Below are positions 8,606 through 17,386 of a stretch of DNA of 30,146 bases, one piece after another (the first letter of the stretch is position 1; every line of letters begins with the position of its first letter). This DNA is from Patescibacteria group bacterium UBA3527 (GTDB lineage: Bacteria > Patescibacteriota > Minisyncoccia > Phycocordibacterales > UBA918): the NCBI GenBank assembly GCA_002377025.1, contig DFPA01000058.1, positions 1-30,146 of the forward strand, given 5' to 3'. The position numbers and the translations under genes were made by a program. The notes beneath the pieces were generated by a model. The model was not told the origin of the DNA. It was given only the letters and a program-made list of their open reading frames with translations, and made no database searches.

Positions 8606-9382
8606 ATGGCTGAATATACATACAAATACAATCCTGATAGGGGAGCGGACTGGAACTATGGTGGAATGAAGTGGAGACTGTCACGTTCAAAAATTGATTT
8701 GTTCATGGAGTGTCCTAGATGCTTCTATTTGGATAACAAACTGGGTACAAAACGTCCGGGTTTTCCTTCCTTCAATTTGAATATTGCGGTAGATGAGCTA
8801 TTCAAGAAAGAATTTGATGGACATCGTGCAGCCGGTACTCCTCATCCGATAATGACCAAGTACGAGCTTGATGCGGTGCCGTTTAAGCACAGAGATATTG
8901 ACTTATGGCGGGACAACTTCAAAGGTCTGGAACATACCCACAAGGAGACAGGCCTAACTGTTTCAGGAGCTGTGGATGATGTTTGGCAAAACTCGAAAGG
9001 AAAACTCATTATCGTCGATTACAAAGCTACTTCTAAGTCGGAGAAGATTGAAGAATTGGGAGATTCGCCATGGGAAAAACAATACCAACGCCAGCTTGGA
9101 GTCTATAGGTGGCTCTTGGAACAGAATGGTTTTGAAGTGGAAGAAGAGGGATACTTAGTATATGCCAACGCTGACAAATCAGTAGATGTATTCGACAACA
9201 AGCTCACATTTGATACAACATTGGTGTCGTGCCCTACAGACATAAGTTGGATAGAGAATACACTCAGAAACATCAAGATATGTCTTGAGGACAAGAAATA
9301 TCCCGCTCCTGGAGAGAATTGCGAATATTGCCCTTATCGTGAGGCATGTGGTAAGAAATTGCAAGCTATCTATAAAGAATAA
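8606..9382 (+). CDS. PD-(D/E)XK nuclease, Cas4/AddB-like, with a possible Fe-S Cys motif
   Basis: LSRSKI...ECPRCF, GAVDDV...IIVDYKAT, QLGVY, and C-terminal CEYCPYREAC. The start at 8606 is preferred over 8579 because of the promoter position. Confidence 0.85.
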   Translation: MAEYTYKYNPDRGADWNYGGMKWRLSRSKIDLFMECPRCFYLDNKLGTKRPGFPSFNLNIAVDELFKKEFDGHRAAGTPHPIMTKYELDAVPFKHRDIDLWRDNFKGLEHTHKETGLTVSGAVDDVWQNSKGKLIIVDYKATSKSEKIEELGDSPWEKQYQRQLGVYRWLLEQNGFEVEEEGYLVYANADKSVDVFDNKLTFDTTLVSCPTDISWIENTLRNIKICLEDKKYPAPGENCEYCPYREACGKKLQAIYKE

Positions 9383-9383
9383 T

Positions 9384-9635
9384 ATGAAGACATTTTCTGA
9401 TAGAGTGTATGAGGTGGTAATAAATATACCTAGAGGGGAGACTTTATCCTATGCTGAAGTTGCCAGGAAGGCCGGCTCCCCAAGAGCGTTTAGGGCGGTT
9501 GCTAACTTAATGGCAAAGAATTACAATTTGGCTATACCGTGCCATCGTGTAATAAGGTCAAACGGAGAATTAGGTGGATATAACAGAGGCGGTGTCGAAG
9601 CTAAGAAGAAATTACTTATAAATGAAAGTAACTAA
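9384..9635 (+). CDS. Minimal single-domain O6-methylguanine-DNA methyltransferase (MGMT/Ogt family)
   Basis: IPRGETLSYAEVA, RAVAN, active-site IPCHRVI and GGYNRG. The ATG at 9384 is 1 nt after the upstream stop, giving 83 aa. Confidence 0.9.
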   Translation: MKTFSDRVYEVVINIPRGETLSYAEVARKAGSPRAFRAVANLMAKNYNLAIPCHRVIRSNGELGGYNRGGVEAKKKLLINESN

Positions 9636-9636
9636 C

Positions 9637-9945
9637 ATGGATGACCAAGCATTTAATCAAAAACAAGGTGAAGTAAATGAAGCTCAAGACCAGCTCAGAC
9701 GACTGGAAGCAAAGATTGATGAGAAAAGAAGAACAAGAGAAGCAGACCAAAGAGGGCGAAGACAAGAAATTCAAAGGGCTTTCGAGGAAAAACTGCACGC
9801 TGCAGAGAAGTGGCGCGATGAGATGCTGGCGCAACTCGCTCAGAACGCTGACGACTCCGTCAAGGCTTTCATGAAAGAAAAGACTCTACTGGAGAAAAAA
9901 ATTGAGATGTTGCAAAGAGAGCTGGATAACATTCGCCGTAGTTAA
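9637..9945 (+). CDS. Charged coiled-coil hypothetical protein
   Basis: E/K/R/Q-rich heptad-like sequence, coupled to both neighbours (1-nt gap upstream, TAATG overlap downstream). Confidence 0.6.
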   Translation: MDDQAFNQKQGEVNEAQDQLRRLEAKIDEKRRTREADQRGRRQEIQRAFEEKLHAAEKWRDEMLAQLAQNADDSVKAFMKEKTLLEKKIEMLQRELDNIRRS

Positions 9946-10523
9946 TGTACACCGAGAAGGTAGAAAAAGCTCTTCGAGCGGCCAGTACTCTGCATAGAGA
10001 CCAAGTTAGAAAGGGACCGGGTAACCCCCCTTATGTAACACATCTTTTTGCTGCCGCCTTGATTGTTTCTCAGTATACATCTGATGAAGATGTTGTTGTA
10101 AGCACTATTTTGCATGACACTATTGAGGATACCGACTACACATTGGAGGAATTGGAGGAAGATTTTGGCTCCAGGATCAGAGAAATAGTTCAGGCTGTTA
10201 CAGAACCGAAGGAAATTAAAGACTGGAGCAAGAGAAAAGATCGGTACTTAAAGTCACTTAAAAGTGGCCCCAATGAAGCTCTGTTGGTAGCAGCAGCTGA
10301 TAAAATACACAATATGCTGAGTATCGTACGTGATTTTACAGGCCATGAGGACAAATTTGTTAGAGAGTTTGGCGGTTCATTAGATGAGAGACTGGGGCAG
10401 TATCAAAACTTCGGCAACCTCATCAATAGCCGAGTTAAAAATGCTATCGTGCACGAATTTAATACGGTATTTATGAAATATAAGCAGTTTCTAGTTGAAC
10501 TAGAGACATTACAAAAGAAATGA
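9945..10523 (+). CDS. HD-domain protein, RelA/SpoT hydrolase-like (Mesh1/small alarmone hydrolase type)
   Basis: HRDQVRKG, PYVTHL, LHDTIEDT, V..VTE and AADKIHN motifs. No synthetase domain. Confidence 0.85.
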   Translation: MYTEKVEKALRAASTLHRDQVRKGPGNPPYVTHLFAAALIVSQYTSDEDVVVSTILHDTIEDTDYTLEELEEDFGSRIREIVQAVTEPKEIKDWSKRKDRYLKSLKSGPNEALLVAAADKIHNMLSIVRDFTGHEDKFVREFGGSLDERLGQYQNFGNLINSRVKNAIVHEFNTVFMKYKQFLVELETLQKK

Positions 10524-10524
10524 T

Positions 10525-12291
10525 ATGAAAAGCAGAAAGACGAAAATGAAATTAGAATGGGATTTGAAAAAGCATTATTATAAGAGTGAGAAGGACCCAC
10601 AAATAGAGAAAGACCTAAAAAAATCTGAACGGGCCTTTAAGCGGTTTGTTCAGAAATATAAGAACAGCCAGTTCACATCCTCGGCCAGTAAGCTACTAAA
10701 CTCATTGAAAGACTATGAAAAACTGATGGGATTATCTGTGTCTAAACCGGCTTACTATTTTCACTACAGAAAGGAACTCTCCGCTACTGATAAGGTAGCT
10801 GCCATGGAGCTAAATAAACTGGAAGCAAGGCTGACAGAGTTGGAAAATTCGATACTCTTCTATGAAGTTGCACTGGCTCAGATTGATAAAGCAAAGCAAA
10901 AGCAGTATTTGCGAAGTAACCTTCTTAGTGATTACCGCGAGTATCTGCGACGCGTGTTTCGTGACGCAAGATTTGTTCTTTCTGAACCTGAAGAGAGGGT
11001 ATTAAACTTAAAGTCTATGCCGGCACGTAGTATGTGGATAGCTGCAACGGATAAAATCCTGAATCAGAAGACAATTGTACACAAGGGGAAATCTGTCCCT
11101 ATTCACGGAGCTCTTATGGGTTATATGGATAAGAACAAAAAAGAACGCCATCAGATCTACAACAAGGCGGTGACTGTCTTGGAGGAAGTGGCTCCGGTGG
11201 TGGAAAGCGAGCTGAATGCTCTTTACACCGACAAAAAGATCAACGATGAGCTTCGCGGTTACACACTGCCGTACGAGGGTACGCTAAACTCTTACGATCA
11301 ATCGGTAGAGAGTCTTGAATCCTTGCGTAAATTAATTACCACCGAAGGCTATGACCTTAGTCGAAAGTTCTATTCACTAAAGAAGAAATGGCTTAAAAAA
11401 GAACTGACCTTTATCGACCGTGATGAAGGTAGGTCAAAAATAGCAAAAATTCCATTTGCAAAAGCGGTGACAATTTGTCGTGAAGTATTTTATGAAGTGA
11501 ATGAGAAATACGGGAAAATATTTGATGAAATGCTTGAAAGTGGACAATTAGACGTATACCCCAGAAAAGGCAAAGGCGGAGGTGCTTTTTGCAGTAGTGG
11601 AATCAATCAACCAACCATGGTTTTCCTCAATCACAATGATGGTCTGGATGGTCTACGAACACTTGCTCACGAAATGGGACACGCTGTACATGCGTACAGA
11701 AGTAAGCTCCAGCCGGTTTTATATGAGGGACATTCTATAGCCACCGCTGAAACCGCCAGCACCTTCTTTGAAGGTTTGGTTATGAAGAAGTTACTCAATA
11801 AGTCCACAGGCAAGGAAAAAGTAGAGCTCTTAAACAAACACATTAGCGACAATCTGAAAACTATCGTAATGTGCATTGCCAGATTTGAGATAGAACTGGA
11901 ATTTCATCAAAAAGTGCGCCAGTGCGGCCTTCTTACTTGGCAAGAAATGAGGAATATATACGTTTACCATATGAAGAAAATGTCCGGCAGGGCAGTTAAA
12001 GTGCGCCCCATCGACGGTATGCATTTCGTATACAAACCGCACTACCGTATGAATTTTTACCAATACTCATATTCCTTTGGTAGTCTGGTCAGTAATATAA
12101 TGATTGCACGATATCTGGAGAATGAAACTTATCGCAGCGAAGTGGACAGGTTTCTTACTGCCGGAGAATCCTTGTCTGTTGATGGTATATTTAAGTCCAT
12201 AGGAATAGATACCAGCAGAATAGCAGTTCTTAGAGAGGGTCTTGCTTTACTGGAAAAAGATATTGCGGAGTTTGCTAGGTTAATTAAATAG
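10525..12291 (+). CDS. pepF: Oligoendopeptidase F (M3B family)
   Basis: N-terminal EWDL, KGGGAFCS, HEMGH zinc motif, AETASTFFE, and HYRMNFYQYSYSFG. An alternative start lies at 10546. Confidence 0.88.
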   Translation: MKSRKTKMKLEWDLKKHYYKSEKDPQIEKDLKKSERAFKRFVQKYKNSQFTSSASKLLNSLKDYEKLMGLSVSKPAYYFHYRKELSATDKVAAMELNKLEARLTELENSILFYEVALAQIDKAKQKQYLRSNLLSDYREYLRRVFRDARFVLSEPEERVLNLKSMPARSMWIAATDKILNQKTIVHKGKSVPIHGALMGYMDKNKKERHQIYNKAVTVLEEVAPVVESELNALYTDKKINDELRGYTLPYEGTLNSYDQSVESLESLRKLITTEGYDLSRKFYSLKKKWLKKELTFIDRDEGRSKIAKIPFAKAVTICREVFYEVNEKYGKIFDEMLESGQLDVYPRKGKGGGAFCSSGINQPTMVFLNHNDGLDGLRTLAHEMGHAVHAYRSKLQPVLYEGHSIATAETASTFFEGLVMKKLLNKSTGKEKVELLNKHISDNLKTIVMCIARFEIELEFHQKVRQCGLLTWQEMRNIYVYHMKKMSGRAVKVRPIDGMHFVYKPHYRMNFYQYSYSFGSLVSNIMIARYLENETYRSEVDRFLTAGESLSVDGIFKSIGIDTSRIAVLREGLALLEKDIAEFARLIK

Positions 12292-12292
12292 T

Positions 12293-12526
12293 ATGACAAT
12301 TTTGATTTGGGGGATGACTTTATCACTTGTCGGTAAACTTACTTTGGCTCTAAGTCTGATATTGGCTCACGGTAAAGTGATGCGACAACACGAAATCGAC
12401 GAGGCTGTCATACAAACATTTAAGTTGGAGAAAACACTTGGTATTATCGGTGTCGTTTTCCTGGTGGTTGGCTATATCCTGGAACTCCATCATTTTGTGG
12501 GACTCTCATTTTTGTTAGGAATGTAA
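12293..12526 (+). CDS. Small two-TM membrane protein
   Basis: 77 aa with two hydrophobic segments flanking HGKVMRQHEIDEAV, and a 1-nt gap after pepF. Confidence 0.65.
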   Translation: MTILIWGMTLSLVGKLTLALSLILAHGKVMRQHEIDEAVIQTFKLEKTLGIIGVVFLVVGYILELHHFVGLSFLLGM

Positions 12527-12549
12527 TTCTATGCTAATTTAGCCTACAT

Positions 12550-14418
12550 ATGAGTGGAAACGAAATAAGAAAGAAATTCTTAGAGTTTGCCGTTAGAAAT
12601 GGGCACGCTATTATCCCCAGCTCCGGCCTTGTTCCGGAAAATGATCCTACTACTTTGTTCACAGGAAGCGGGATGCAACCATTGGTACCTTACCTTTTGG
12701 GTGAAGAACACCCTAAAGGTAAGCGTTTGGCAAACTCACAGAAGTGTTTCCGTGCTGAAGATATAGAGGAGGTAGGAGATAACAGACACACCACTTTCTT
12801 TGAAATGCTCGGCAATTGGTCATTGGGTGATTACTTTAAAGAAGAGCAACTACAGTGGTATTACGAATTTTTAGTCGATGAACTGGGTATTGATCCGAAC
12901 AAACTATACGTGACCGCTTTTGTGGGAGATGAAGAAAGTGATATTCCCAAAGACACTGAATCAGTAAAGATTTGGCAAAAGTTGTTTGCAAGTAGAGGAA
13001 TAAGCAATGATGTAGCTGAAATTGGTAGCGAAGACAACGGTTACACAAGAGGTATTAAGGAAGGTGAAAGAATTTTCTACTATGACGCCAAGAAGAATTG
13101 GTGGAGTCGAGCAGGTACTCCCATCGACATGCCGGTTGGAGAAATAGGCGGACCTGACAGTGAAGTTTTCTATGATTTTGGTACACCGCATGATAAAAAA
13201 TGGGGTGAACATTGTCACCCTAACTGCGACTGCGGCCGTTTTATGGAGATAGGAAATTCTGTTTTTATGGAATATGTGAAAACAGACAGCGGTTTTGAAA
13301 AATTGCCGGCGCAGAACGTGGACTTTGGCGGAGGTTTGGAGAGAGTGGCAGCCGCCCTACACGATGACAGCGACATGTTCAACGTAGATTTGCTCCATAA
13401 CATAATTAAGAAAATTGAGGAGCTTTCCGGCAAGGAGTATGCGTCCGACAAAGAATCCTTCCGCATTATTGCCGACCATATTCGTGGTGCGGTTTTCATG
13501 ATCGCCGATGGTGTCTTACCCGGCAGCAGCGACCAAAACTATTTTGTTAGGCGGTTGTTGCGTCGAGCGGTGCGCTATTCTGACAAACTGGGCGTTCAAG
13601 AGGACAAGTTTGCAGAAATAGGAGAAAGAGTCATAGAAACCTTCGGGTTGTATTACACCAACCTTCATGAGAAGCGAGAAATTATTAATGAGGCCCTTTG
13701 CGCAGAAGAGATGACTTTTAGAAAGACGCTGGATAAAGGCCTTAAGGAGTTCGAAAAAATCAGTCAAAATGGTGTGAGTGGACATGATGCTTTTGTACTA
13801 TTTACCACCTATGGCTTCCCATATGAACTCACGGAGGAATTGGCCAACGAGAAAGGCCTTACGCTAGACAAAAGTGAGTTTGAAACAGAAATGAAAGCAC
13901 ATCAAGATAAGTCACGAGCCGGAGCGGAACAAAAATTTAAAGGGGGGCTGGCAGATCATTCAGATAAGGTCGTGCAATATCATACTGTCACACATTTGCT
14001 ACTATCCGGATTAAGAAAACATCTGGGCGAACATGTTCACCAGGCCGGTTCAAACATTACCGGAGAAAGACTACGCTTCGATTTCACTCATAATGAAAAG
14101 ATGACAGATGATGAAAAGCACAAAGTTGAGAAATTTGTAAATGACGCTCTAGAAGCGGGGGGGGTTGTAAGTACAGATGTCATGTCAAAAGAGGCCGCAC
14201 AAGAGGACAAAACCATCGAAGCTAGCTTCTGGGACAGATATCCCGACGAGGTGAAGGTATACACCATTACCAACAGTCAAGGCGATGTTATCTCCAGAGA
14301 ACTGTGCGGAGGACCACATGTTACTAACTTGAGCGAGATAAAAGGTAAATTTGTCTTAAGAAAGGAGGAATCTTCTGCAGCAGGAGTGCGACGCATAAAG
14401 GGTGAACTGACTGAGTAA
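12550..14418 (+). CDS. alaS: Alanine--tRNA ligase, short form (aminoacylation plus editing domains, no C-Ala)
   Basis: DPTTLFTGSGMQP, RHTTFFEMLGNWS, DFGGGLER, IIADHIR and editing HTVTH...ELCGGPH. The protein ends shortly after GVRRI. Confidence 0.96.
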   Translation: MSGNEIRKKFLEFAVRNGHAIIPSSGLVPENDPTTLFTGSGMQPLVPYLLGEEHPKGKRLANSQKCFRAEDIEEVGDNRHTTFFEMLGNWSLGDYFKEEQLQWYYEFLVDELGIDPNKLYVTAFVGDEESDIPKDTESVKIWQKLFASRGISNDVAEIGSEDNGYTRGIKEGERIFYYDAKKNWWSRAGTPIDMPVGEIGGPDSEVFYDFGTPHDKKWGEHCHPNCDCGRFMEIGNSVFMEYVKTDSGFEKLPAQNVDFGGGLERVAAALHDDSDMFNVDLLHNIIKKIEELSGKEYASDKESFRIIADHIRGAVFMIADGVLPGSSDQNYFVRRLLRRAVRYSDKLGVQEDKFAEIGERVIETFGLYYTNLHEKREIINEALCAEEMTFRKTLDKGLKEFEKISQNGVSGHDAFVLFTTYGFPYELTEELANEKGLTLDKSEFETEMKAHQDKSRAGAEQKFKGGLADHSDKVVQYHTVTHLLLSGLRKHLGEHVHQAGSNITGERLRFDFTHNEKMTDDEKHKVEKFVNDALEAGGVVSTDVMSKEAAQEDKTIEASFWDRYPDEVKVYTITNSQGDVISRELCGGPHVTNLSEIKGKFVLRKEESSAAGVRRIKGELTE

Positions 14419-14469
14419 TACCGGTATATTAGCAATCCACCTTATAGATCAACTTAGTGACTCTGATCT

Positions 14470-14478
14470 TGGTATAAT
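14470..14478 (+). promoter_or_regulatory. Extended -10 promoter, probably giving a leaderless mRNA
   Basis: TGGTATAAT followed by 6 nt and then ATG at 14485. Confidence 0.6.
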
Positions 14479-14484
14479 TTTCCA

Positions 14485-15654
14485 ATGAAACAACTCTTCA
14501 AGAGAAAGAGTAAAGCGAGGTTCAGTGTCCTTTTGCTTATCAAGGCCACTCATGTCTCATTGGTTATTTTTTCCACCAAAGATGGGCAGTCTGACGTAGT
14601 TTGGTCGGCAGAAGAGAATATACGTTTTCACGAAGGCGAAGCAAGTGTTGAAGTTTTTAAACGAATGGGTGCAGCGATTCTACGTTTAGGCCTTGCACTG
14701 GAGGATGACGGCTTGAAGAAGCTAAAAGCCACCAGTGGTGGTGTAAATGTGGACAGTTTTCACGGGGTCATGAGTTCCCCCTGGTCATATACAGTATCAA
14801 GAAATATCAACGTTGAGTTTGAGGAAGAAACCCAAATCACAGATACGGTCATACTCGAGGCGACGCAGGCATCCGATGAACAATCTGAGGCCTTCGTATC
14901 CGGAAAAAAGTTCTTTAAGCAACTGGGAATTTATCCGATCAGTAAAAGAAATACCGGCAAGTTGCTTAATGGATACGAAGTGAATGATCCGATTGGACTA
15001 ACTGCCAAAACCATTACTATTGAGCATACAGTCGAGCTCACACAAGAAAAGCTCATTAGTGCCGTTGAGGAATTAAAGGACAAGATGTTCCCTAAGAGTA
15101 AGCTTTATTTCCATACATTCAGTGGTCTGATACTCGATGCAGTGAGAAATAATTTTAGAACACCCCGCAACATTTCAATAGTCGATATTTCTGATGAAGT
15201 TACGGAAGTGAATGTTTACCATGCTATGACCTGCTTACGTTCATTGCATCGGGATATTGGACGGATGGATTTGGTGAGAAATATAGCTAAAATATCTAAG
15301 CTGCCAGAAGGTGAAGTCAGTAGTTATCTTAAGACAGATATTTCGAACCTGCGCGAGAATTTGAACAAAACCAAACGTGCCAGGTTCGATAAAGTAATAG
15401 ATGATTTTGTCACCGATCTTACTGATTTTGTTAGTGATGTGGGTAAAGATGTCCAATTACCAAAGTATGTATTCTTTCTTGCCTACTCCGGTGAATTAAG
15501 CTTTTTTGCTGACATTCTTTGCGATGCCTTACATAAGACAACCGGAGTTGATCATGTGGTACAACCTGTTGCTGCCGAAATCTTTGACGTTCGCGGGAAT
15601 GCTTCGGTCTCTTCATTGGCAGTTGTCAGTGCTCTTGGTATAAAAGAAAGATAA
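14485..15654 (+). CDS. Degenerate FtsA/PilM-like actin-fold protein
   Basis: ISIVDISDEVTEVNVY resembles the FtsA phosphate-2 strand (VDIGGGTTD). IGRMDLVRNIAK...EV resembles the FtsA helix pair, and LPKYVFF resembles the adenosine strand. The Gly motifs are degenerate. Confidence 0.45.
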   Translation: MKQLFKRKSKARFSVLLLIKATHVSLVIFSTKDGQSDVVWSAEENIRFHEGEASVEVFKRMGAAILRLGLALEDDGLKKLKATSGGVNVDSFHGVMSSPWSYTVSRNINVEFEEETQITDTVILEATQASDEQSEAFVSGKKFFKQLGIYPISKRNTGKLLNGYEVNDPIGLTAKTITIEHTVELTQEKLISAVEELKDKMFPKSKLYFHTFSGLILDAVRNNFRTPRNISIVDISDEVTEVNVYHAMTCLRSLHRDIGRMDLVRNIAKISKLPEGEVSSYLKTDISNLRENLNKTKRARFDKVIDDFVTDLTDFVSDVGKDVQLPKYVFFLAYSGELSFFADILCDALHKTTGVDHVVQPVAAEIFDVRGNASVSSLAVVSALGIKER

Positions 15655-15708
15655 GTTGGCAATATGTGTGTACAGGATGATAATTAATGGCTATACTAGA
15701 CAGTAAAC

Positions 15709-16986
15709 ATGGATAAAAAGTGGAATTTACAAGATATTAAGCCGACTGATGGCACGGCGCTTAGGAACAAACGCTCAACACACAAAGTTCGCAATCAAGA
15801 ACCTTCTTCGAGTTCCGACACTATAAAAGTAAAATCAACAAAAAAGAAGAGGCGCGTCAGCAAAGGCACAGTGACGTTACTTTCTTTTTCTGTTTTTGTG
15901 ATAGGCGTCTTTGTTTTGGTTGGTCTTTTAAGCAGTCAAGCCGAAGTATTCGTGACACCTCGATCAGATGAAGTTACCCTGAGTACCAGTTATAATTATC
16001 TGGCAGAGAAGAAGCCCGATGAAGGTGGCCTTGGATATGAACTTATGAGCCTACGCGGCGAAAACGAGGCAACGGTGAGTGCTACCGGTGAAGAGGAAGT
16101 ATCGATTCCTGCAAGTGGTACACTCGTTATCACAAACACCAATAATGTTGAGCAAGTTTTAATAGAAAAAACAAGGTTTGAGTCCCCGGATGGAAAAATT
16201 TACCGCATAGCCGATGGTGTGAGAGTGCCTGGTGGAACTAGTGAGGAGCCGGGAAGACTTGAAGTTACGGTGACAGCTGAGGAGGCCGGAGCAGAGTATA
16301 ATGTGGAAGCAGGTACAGCTTTTACTGTACCTGGCCTCAAGAGTGATCCGAAGTTATATGCCGCTATCAGAGCTACTAATCCAGCCGAAATCGCCAATGG
16401 TTTTGTGGGAAAGAGACTTAAAGTAGCAGATGATGATTTGCAAAAGGTTAAGTCTGACGTATCAGAAGCTCTTAAGGAGAAACTGCTCGTACGAGCCAGC
16501 GAAGAAACACCGTCCGGTTTCCAATTCTTCCCGGATTCCGCTTCTTTTGTAGAGGAAGTAGAGGTTAAAAGCAATGGTGACACTGAAGCTCTGATTAATG
16601 TAAAAGTCACGCTACAGATACCTCTGTTTAAGAGTGAGGCACTGGCGAAGTTTTTGGCTACCAATTCAATACCGGGATATGAAGGACTGCCGGTCCGACT
16701 GGATTCAATTGACGATGTAACCTTTTCTTACACAAATCCCGATATTGCAAGTAACTTAGGTAACATTAACGAGTTTGAATTTAACCTTTCCGGTAAAGCA
16801 CTGTTGGTTTGGGAGTTTGATGAAGTGGCTTTTGCTACAGACTTGCTGGGAGTACCAAGCTCAGCCCTGGGACAAGTTATTAAGGCTTATCCGGGCATCA
16901 AAAGTGCCAAAGCGGAGCTTAGACCTTTTTGGAAATCATCATTTCCACCGAGTTTGAGTAAGATAAACATAACTGAAAGGTTGTAG
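15709..16986 (+). CDS. Single-TM protein with an extracytoplasmic baseplate J/gp47-like domain
   Basis: Basic N-terminus, TM LLSFSVFVIGVFVLVGLL, then ASGTLVITN...GKIYR...VTVTAEEAGAEYNV...G, typical of baseplate-J-like beta domains. Confidence 0.6.
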   Translation: MDKKWNLQDIKPTDGTALRNKRSTHKVRNQEPSSSSDTIKVKSTKKKRRVSKGTVTLLSFSVFVIGVFVLVGLLSSQAEVFVTPRSDEVTLSTSYNYLAEKKPDEGGLGYELMSLRGENEATVSATGEEEVSIPASGTLVITNTNNVEQVLIEKTRFESPDGKIYRIADGVRVPGGTSEEPGRLEVTVTAEEAGAEYNVEAGTAFTVPGLKSDPKLYAAIRATNPAEIANGFVGKRLKVADDDLQKVKSDVSEALKEKLLVRASEETPSGFQFFPDSASFVEEVEVKSNGDTEALINVKVTLQIPLFKSEALAKFLATNSIPGYEGLPVRLDSIDDVTFSYTNPDIASNLGNINEFEFNLSGKALLVWEFDEVAFATDLLGVPSSALGQVIKAYPGIKSAKAELRPFWKSSFPPSLSKINITERL

Positions 16987-16991
16987 AAAAC

Positions 16992-17020
16992 TTGACGTTT
17001 ATCAAACACTTTGTTAGACT
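16992..17020 (+). promoter_or_regulatory. Sigma70 promoter of the infA-alpha operon
   Basis: TTGACG(16992-16997)-N17-TAGACT(17015-17020) with an extended TG. Confidence 0.65.
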
Positions 17021-17031
17021 CGGTGCGCCTA

Positions 17032-17250
17032 ATGTCAGAAAGTAAAACAAATGACCTCGTATATGGAACAGTCGAGGAGGCGTTGCCTAATACGCTGTTT
17101 CGTGTCGTCTTGGATGACACCGGCGAAGAGATGCTGGCCTATCTTGCCGGCAAAATGAGAAAGTTTCGTATCCGTGTTTTGGTAGGCGATAAGGTAGCTG
17201 TAGAGCTTGATCCTTACGGTGGAAAAGGCAGGATAACAAAACGTTTATAA
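17032..17250 (+). CDS. infA: Translation initiation factor IF-1
   Basis: [37 protein letters not shown], and GRITKR. The start at 17032 is preferred over 17011. Confidence 0.97.
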   Translation: MSESKTNDLVYGTVEEALPNTLFRVVLDDTGEEMLAYLAGKMRKFRIRVLVGDKVAVELDPYGGKGRITKRL

Positions 17251-17268
17251 AACCAGGCATCAATTTTT

Positions 17269-17385
17269 ATGAAAGTAAAATCATCAATTAAGAAAAGAAG
17301 TGCTGATGATATTATCGTCCGTCGACGTGGACGTGTTTACGTAATTAACAAGAAGAAGCCACGAAATAAACAAAGACAAGGTTAG
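17269..17385 (+). CDS. rpmJ: 50S ribosomal protein L36, cysteine-free type (absent from the ORF track)
   Basis: My translation: [38 protein letters not shown] (38 aa), located between infA and rpsM. Confidence 0.96.
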   Translation: MKVKSSIKKRSADDIIVRRRGRVYVINKKKPRNKQRQG

Positions 17386-17386
17386 T

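Noticed and set aside
8606-9382. Possible CRISPR-Cas locus because of the Cas4-like protein
   Set aside because: There is no repeat-spacer array, cas1 or cas2 in the window.
14418-14469. Short palindromes ATACCGGTAT (14418-14427) and AGATCA-N12-TGATCT (14446-14469)
   Set aside because: They are too short to distinguish from chance without conservation data.
14485-16986. Possible prophage or eCIS remnant
   Set aside because: There are no other structural genes, integrase or att-like repeats, and the flanks are core genes.
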